This document shows, piece by piece, positions 59,928 to 64,000 of a DNA stretch of 64,000 nucleotides. A program made the translations under genes and the position numbers. Source of the DNA: Dimorphilus gyrociliatus (lineage: Eukaryota > Animalia > Annelida); assembly GCA_904063045.1 (NCBI GenBank), contig CAJFCJ010000044.1:124001-188000 (forward strand). Reading direction: 5' to 3'. Each line of letters opens with the position of its first letter. The first letter of the stretch is position 1. The notes beneath the pieces are model-generated. The model was not told the origin of the DNA. It was given only the letters and a program-made list of their open reading frames with translations, and made no database searches.

Positions 59928-62657
59928 GGGGTCGGGTGTGAACGTACCTGGGTGCGAACGTACCCGGGTGCGAACGTACCCTGGGCGGGTGCGAACGTAC
60001 CCTGGGCGGGTGCGAACGTACCTGGGTACGTTCGCACCCTATTTTTATATTTATTTTATTTTTGAATTTTTGAATAAACATGTACATTGACACCCTTTTT
60101 TCCTTCTGTTCCTTCATTATATATTTGTTAATATATTGATTTGATAGAATGCAGATATTAAATAGAATACATATCCCATCAATATTAAATTACTACTTTA
60201 AAAGAAAATGTTGTTGAAAGTGAAATAGCAGCCATTTTAATAGTGATAGTTTTATTAAATAAACTTTCACTTGGAATATTTATCCTTGCAAAAGTAAAGC
60301 TATATTTACTGAATAAATTTGGACAAAGTTCTTCTTGGAAGCTTCAACAGAAGTGAGTATTTATATCTAATCATTGAGATTGTTGATTCATGATATTTTG
60401 ATGTAATATACTATCTTCAATTGTGAAAAAGCTGAATATTTTTCATAAATAAAATTTCAGCCATTTTGAATATTTGGAAAGGAAATTTATTGATAACTGG
60501 AAATATTTTTAGATAACCATCTACATTTGATTGAAGATTAAAAAATGGCTTTCAAATGTCACAATTGTCATTCAACAATTTATGGAAGGCAAAAATATTT
60601 GAAATGCAGCCTTTGTAAGAATCTTATTCATAGGAAATGCACAGGTATGTAACTCTTTAATCAGCTTTCATGTAATTATATTTTTTAACATATTCTTATA
60701 GAAACACATAACATACCAATTTGCAAACCTTGTAACAAAAGAAAATGTACTGTCATGCTCAAGAAGTTAACTAATCTGGAAATTCATCAATTCAAAGTAA
60801 ATTCTGAAGAAAGCTTTATTGATGAAAGAAATAAGATTGCTGCAGTTGAGGAATCAATATTGGAGGATGAAAATCATGTTCTTTCAGAATGCCAATCAAT
60901 GGACCTAGACTCTTTGGAGGAAGTTGAAGAGAATGCTGAAGAATATTGTGAATCATCCACAAAAAGTGATTTTGAGATTGTAAAAGGAGGAAGTAGAAAG
61001 GGACATGACATTTTACTGAATGATGGATATTCTTTTGTTGTTAAACATAAAACACCATCAAGTACTATTTGGGTGTGCAGTGTGAGAAGTAAGAAGAAAA
61101 GATGTGTGGCCAGAATAAGACAAAATGGAAATTTATTTCTCAAAGGCAATTTGGAACATAATCACAACAGAAAAAAGAATTTAGAAGTGGATATTAAAGT
61201 GAAAACAGATTTGAAAATTGTTTGCAGAAGTGATAATCAAACATCTGGAAGAAGCATTGCTGAAAAAGTTCTTCTATCCTATGAACCCAATGCAACTTGT
61301 CTTCCTGATATCAACTATTTGAAGAGAATGGCAAACTCAAATAGACAAAAGTTTAGGCCAGTGGAACCTAAAGTGTACAACTTTAATTTAGATGAAACAT
61401 TTTTGCCTGATGAATTTTTGCAGAAAGATATTTGTGAAAATGGAGAAAGAATTTTAATCTTTGCAACAAACCATCAGCTGAATTTATTATCAAAATCCAA
61501 CTGTTGGTACATTGATGGTACTTTCAAGATTGTAAAAGAACCATTTTATCAACTTGTCACTATTCACTCATTTGTTAAGAAGAGTGGTGATATGAAGCAA
61601 GTTCCTCTTGTTTTTATTTTTCTGACTTCAAAGCATACCAAAGCATACTTACAAGCATTTCAAGTAAATATTTCATATTATCTCTTCAAAAGTGATGATA
61701 AATAAAGTTGCTTTTTTGTAGCATATCAACAATCTTATCAATGATTTTCATCCAAAAAGAATTACAATGGATTTTGAAAAAGGACTATGGAAAGCATTAT
61801 CAAAAGTATATCCCCTCACTGAATTTCAAGGTTGTGTATTTCATTTCACACAAGCAGTATACAGGAAAATACAAGTCAGTTACATTCAAATATATATAAC
61901 ATTATCTATTAAATAACTTATATTATTGAATAGGCTCTTGGCTATGTAAAGAAATACAAAGAAAAAGGAAATGATTGGAAAGATTTCAGAAAATTGATGG
62001 CTCTGCCATTCTTGCCAGCACATATTATTCAACCAACATTTGACAGCATAAATGCAGAACTTTGTGAAAAAAATAGATTTTTGGACCTGCTGCAATACTT
62101 CCAAACAAACTGGATCAAAAATAAATTATGGAAACCAAATAACTGGTCAGTTTTTGGTTTGTCTATTAGGACCAATAATGATTGTGAAGGATGGCATCAA
62201 AGAATGAATAGTAAGCTGCCTGCTAAAGGTTCTTTTTACATGCTGGTTGATGAGCTAAAAAAAGAGTCTGAGTTGATTGCAGTTTATGAGAAATTACTGT
62301 CAGAAAAAAGGATTTACAAACATCAAAAGAAAAAGTATATTGACATCCAAAAGAAAATTTTTGATTTATGGGATGATTTCAAGTTGAACAAATTGACATC
62401 AATTGATCTATTAATGCAGACATCCCATATCTACTCTCCAGCATAAATATCATTTGTCAAGCTTTATTGTTTTTTAGTATAATATTTAGTCTTTTAAATA
62501 CATACTTTTAGATTTATAGCTAAATCTTTTATTCAAAAATTCAAAAATAAAATAAATATAAAAATAGGGTGCGAACGTACCCAGGTACGTTCGCACCCGC
62601 CCAGGGTACGTTCGCACCCGGGTACGTTCACACCCAGGTACGTTCGCACCCCAACTC
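59928..62657 (+). mobile_element. Phantom-like MULE D, apparently autonomous, with 9-bp TSD
   Basis: TIR arrays of GGGTGCGAACGTACC; TSD TGTAAATTT at 59919-59927 and 62658-62666. Confidence 0.93.
60545..62446 (+). CDS. Four-exon PHD-FLYWCH-MULE transposase (60545-60644, 60702-61663, 61722-61874, 61934-62446)
   Basis: All GT-AG junctions keep frame; C4HC3 PHD, WVCSVR..C..HNH, YIDGTF, TMDFE, GCVFHFTQA, RTNNDCEGWH. Confidence 0.92.
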
Positions 62658-62959
62658 TGTAAATTTGAGTATTGAGTATGGTAGAAAACAGGCAGGATTG
62701 AAAACGGACTTTATTCTAGAAGTTGAAGTTGGTGATCAGTTGCAAAAATGATTATTCTTTCATCTTTTTTGTGAATATCCTCTCTGAAAAATCCATTTGG
62801 AATAAATGTAAAATTTATCAGAAAAGCTATTGACTCAAGTTCCTTTGGCCTGTTTTTTCTCCTTTGATAGTTAACAACCATGTAATTATTTCATAAATGC
62901 GTATACAATATCTTTTTACAATTACCATTCTTCTAATCTAAAGGCTTTTTAATCTAAAT

Positions 62960-63140
62960 TTTCTTTGTTGAAAATTCTGGAAATTGTAGTCAAGAAATGT
63001 ATTTATTGGCAAATAATACCCAAATGTCTCACTACTATTTTACATTTCTCGATGGAACAACTTACAGATTGAAGGAAGCGAATGATGGAATATGTTAATG
63101 TATAATAGATCAACCCTAAAATGATGATAAAGTATGCAAA
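62960..63140 (+). pseudogene. Degenerate paralog of the 30919 fibrinogen-like domain
   Basis: ENSGNCSQEMYL..FTFLDGT..EANDGIC*C versus KTIGVCQQTMHF..LWDGS..IANDGICNC. Confidence 0.55.
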
Positions 63141-63650
63141 TCATTTTCCCAAAATATTAAAAAAAAAACTACAAAACAAAAAAATATTCCCTTCTTGTTT
63201 GTTTGTTTGTTTGTATCTGATTTATCAACTGAAGAGAAAAGAGTGAGAAGATATTGTGCATCAATCATTAATCTTCAGAAATATCCATTTGTATTGATGA
63301 CTAAAACAAATTAAAGGTATGTATCTGTTGAATTTTCAAGTGTTTACCATCTAAAATATCACTTAAAATACATTATGACAATCCAGTATATTTCTATAAA
63401 TAAAACACGATTACAGCTCAGTTCAGATATTGTACAAGTTAATTTTCACCCACCACTCACCTGCAATTTCTTTATCAAATTTCTTTTCGTATTGAAATTA
63501 CCTTAGAAAGTAATTTTTAAAGAGAATCTGTATGAAATATAACTTGGTTGATTTGTTCTTCTGTTTTCAACATTTAAATATTCATTGTTTATTGGAAAAT
63601 AACACACAAAAAAACACAAAAGAATGGAATGTTTTGCAAGTTGACAATAG

Positions 63651-64000
63651 TCATACGTTTATTACTTCGTAATAGCAAATTTTCATATTTGCTTCAGTTA
63701 TACCAAAACCTTTTACGTAAACGGCCTGACAATAATCTTGGCCACAAGTACAAGAATAAGTACAGTAATCGTTATCGTTTCCACCAATCAGCTCACAGCC
63801 GATATAATCTCCTTGAAAGTTTGCTTCTATTTCAACATTTCCGGGAACATAGGCTAAAACTCCAGAAGTTACTAAACCTTTTTTAATATTAATACACTTT
63901 TGTAGATTTTCACCTTTGATGACGATATGGAAATTTTTGAATGGAGAATCAACAGAAGGCCACGGAATTCTTAAATAGAATATTTGACCAATAGCGATAT
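63651..64000 (-). CDS. 3' end of a paralog of the 1794-3356 gene, covering its C-terminal Cys-rich domain; cut by the window edge
   Basis: FYLRIPWPSV..IKGENLQKCIN..SGVLAYVP..YCTYSCTCGQDYCQAVYVKGFG..NMKICYYEV* aligns residue by residue with the C-terminus of the 339-aa ORF. Confidence 0.85.
   Translation of the reverse strand, partial: IAIGQIFYLRIPWPSVDSPFKNFHIVIKGENLQKCINIKKGLVTSGVLAYVPGNVEIEANFQGDYIGCELIGGNDNDYCTYSCTCGQDYCQAVYVKGFGITEANMKICYYEVINV

Noticed and set aside
59928-60040. Short tandem GC-rich repeats here and at 23656-23785, 26395-26509, 27771-27850, 32648-32705 and 62568-62657 that resemble CRISPR arrays
   Set aside because: No unique spacers and no cas genes; they occur as inverted pairs flanking MULE transposases with TSDs, so they are TIR sub-repeats

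Overview
AT-rich animal genomic DNA with short GT-AG introns (about 50-75 bp) and TTAGGG-like motifs. It looks like a compact lophotrochozoan genome, possibly an annelid such as Dimorphilus; the species is inference only. The window opens with the 3' end of GMDS and one tRNA-Ile(AAT). The rest is a birth-and-death zone of secreted, recognition and receptor genes, many of them pseudogenes or fragments: PAN/apple proteins, a 3xSUEL lectin, a multi-F-type lectin, a MAM-trypsin protease, GRL101-like LDLa-LRR-GPCRs, rhodopsin-type GPCR fragments and RNI-type LRR genes. These are interleaved with many transposons: five Phantom-like MULE subfamilies (two apparently intact, with perfect TSDs), a DD35E Tc1 inserted in an LRR gene, LTR-like and gag remnants, and several unclassified repeat families. 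The most unusual items are (1) an LDLa-LRR-7TM receptor whose spliced C-terminal tail resembles a degenerate kinase fold, and (2) a TRIM-like RING-B-box-coiled-coil gene ending in ribonuclease-inhibitor-type LRRs. All domain calls are by eye from translations; no searches were run.
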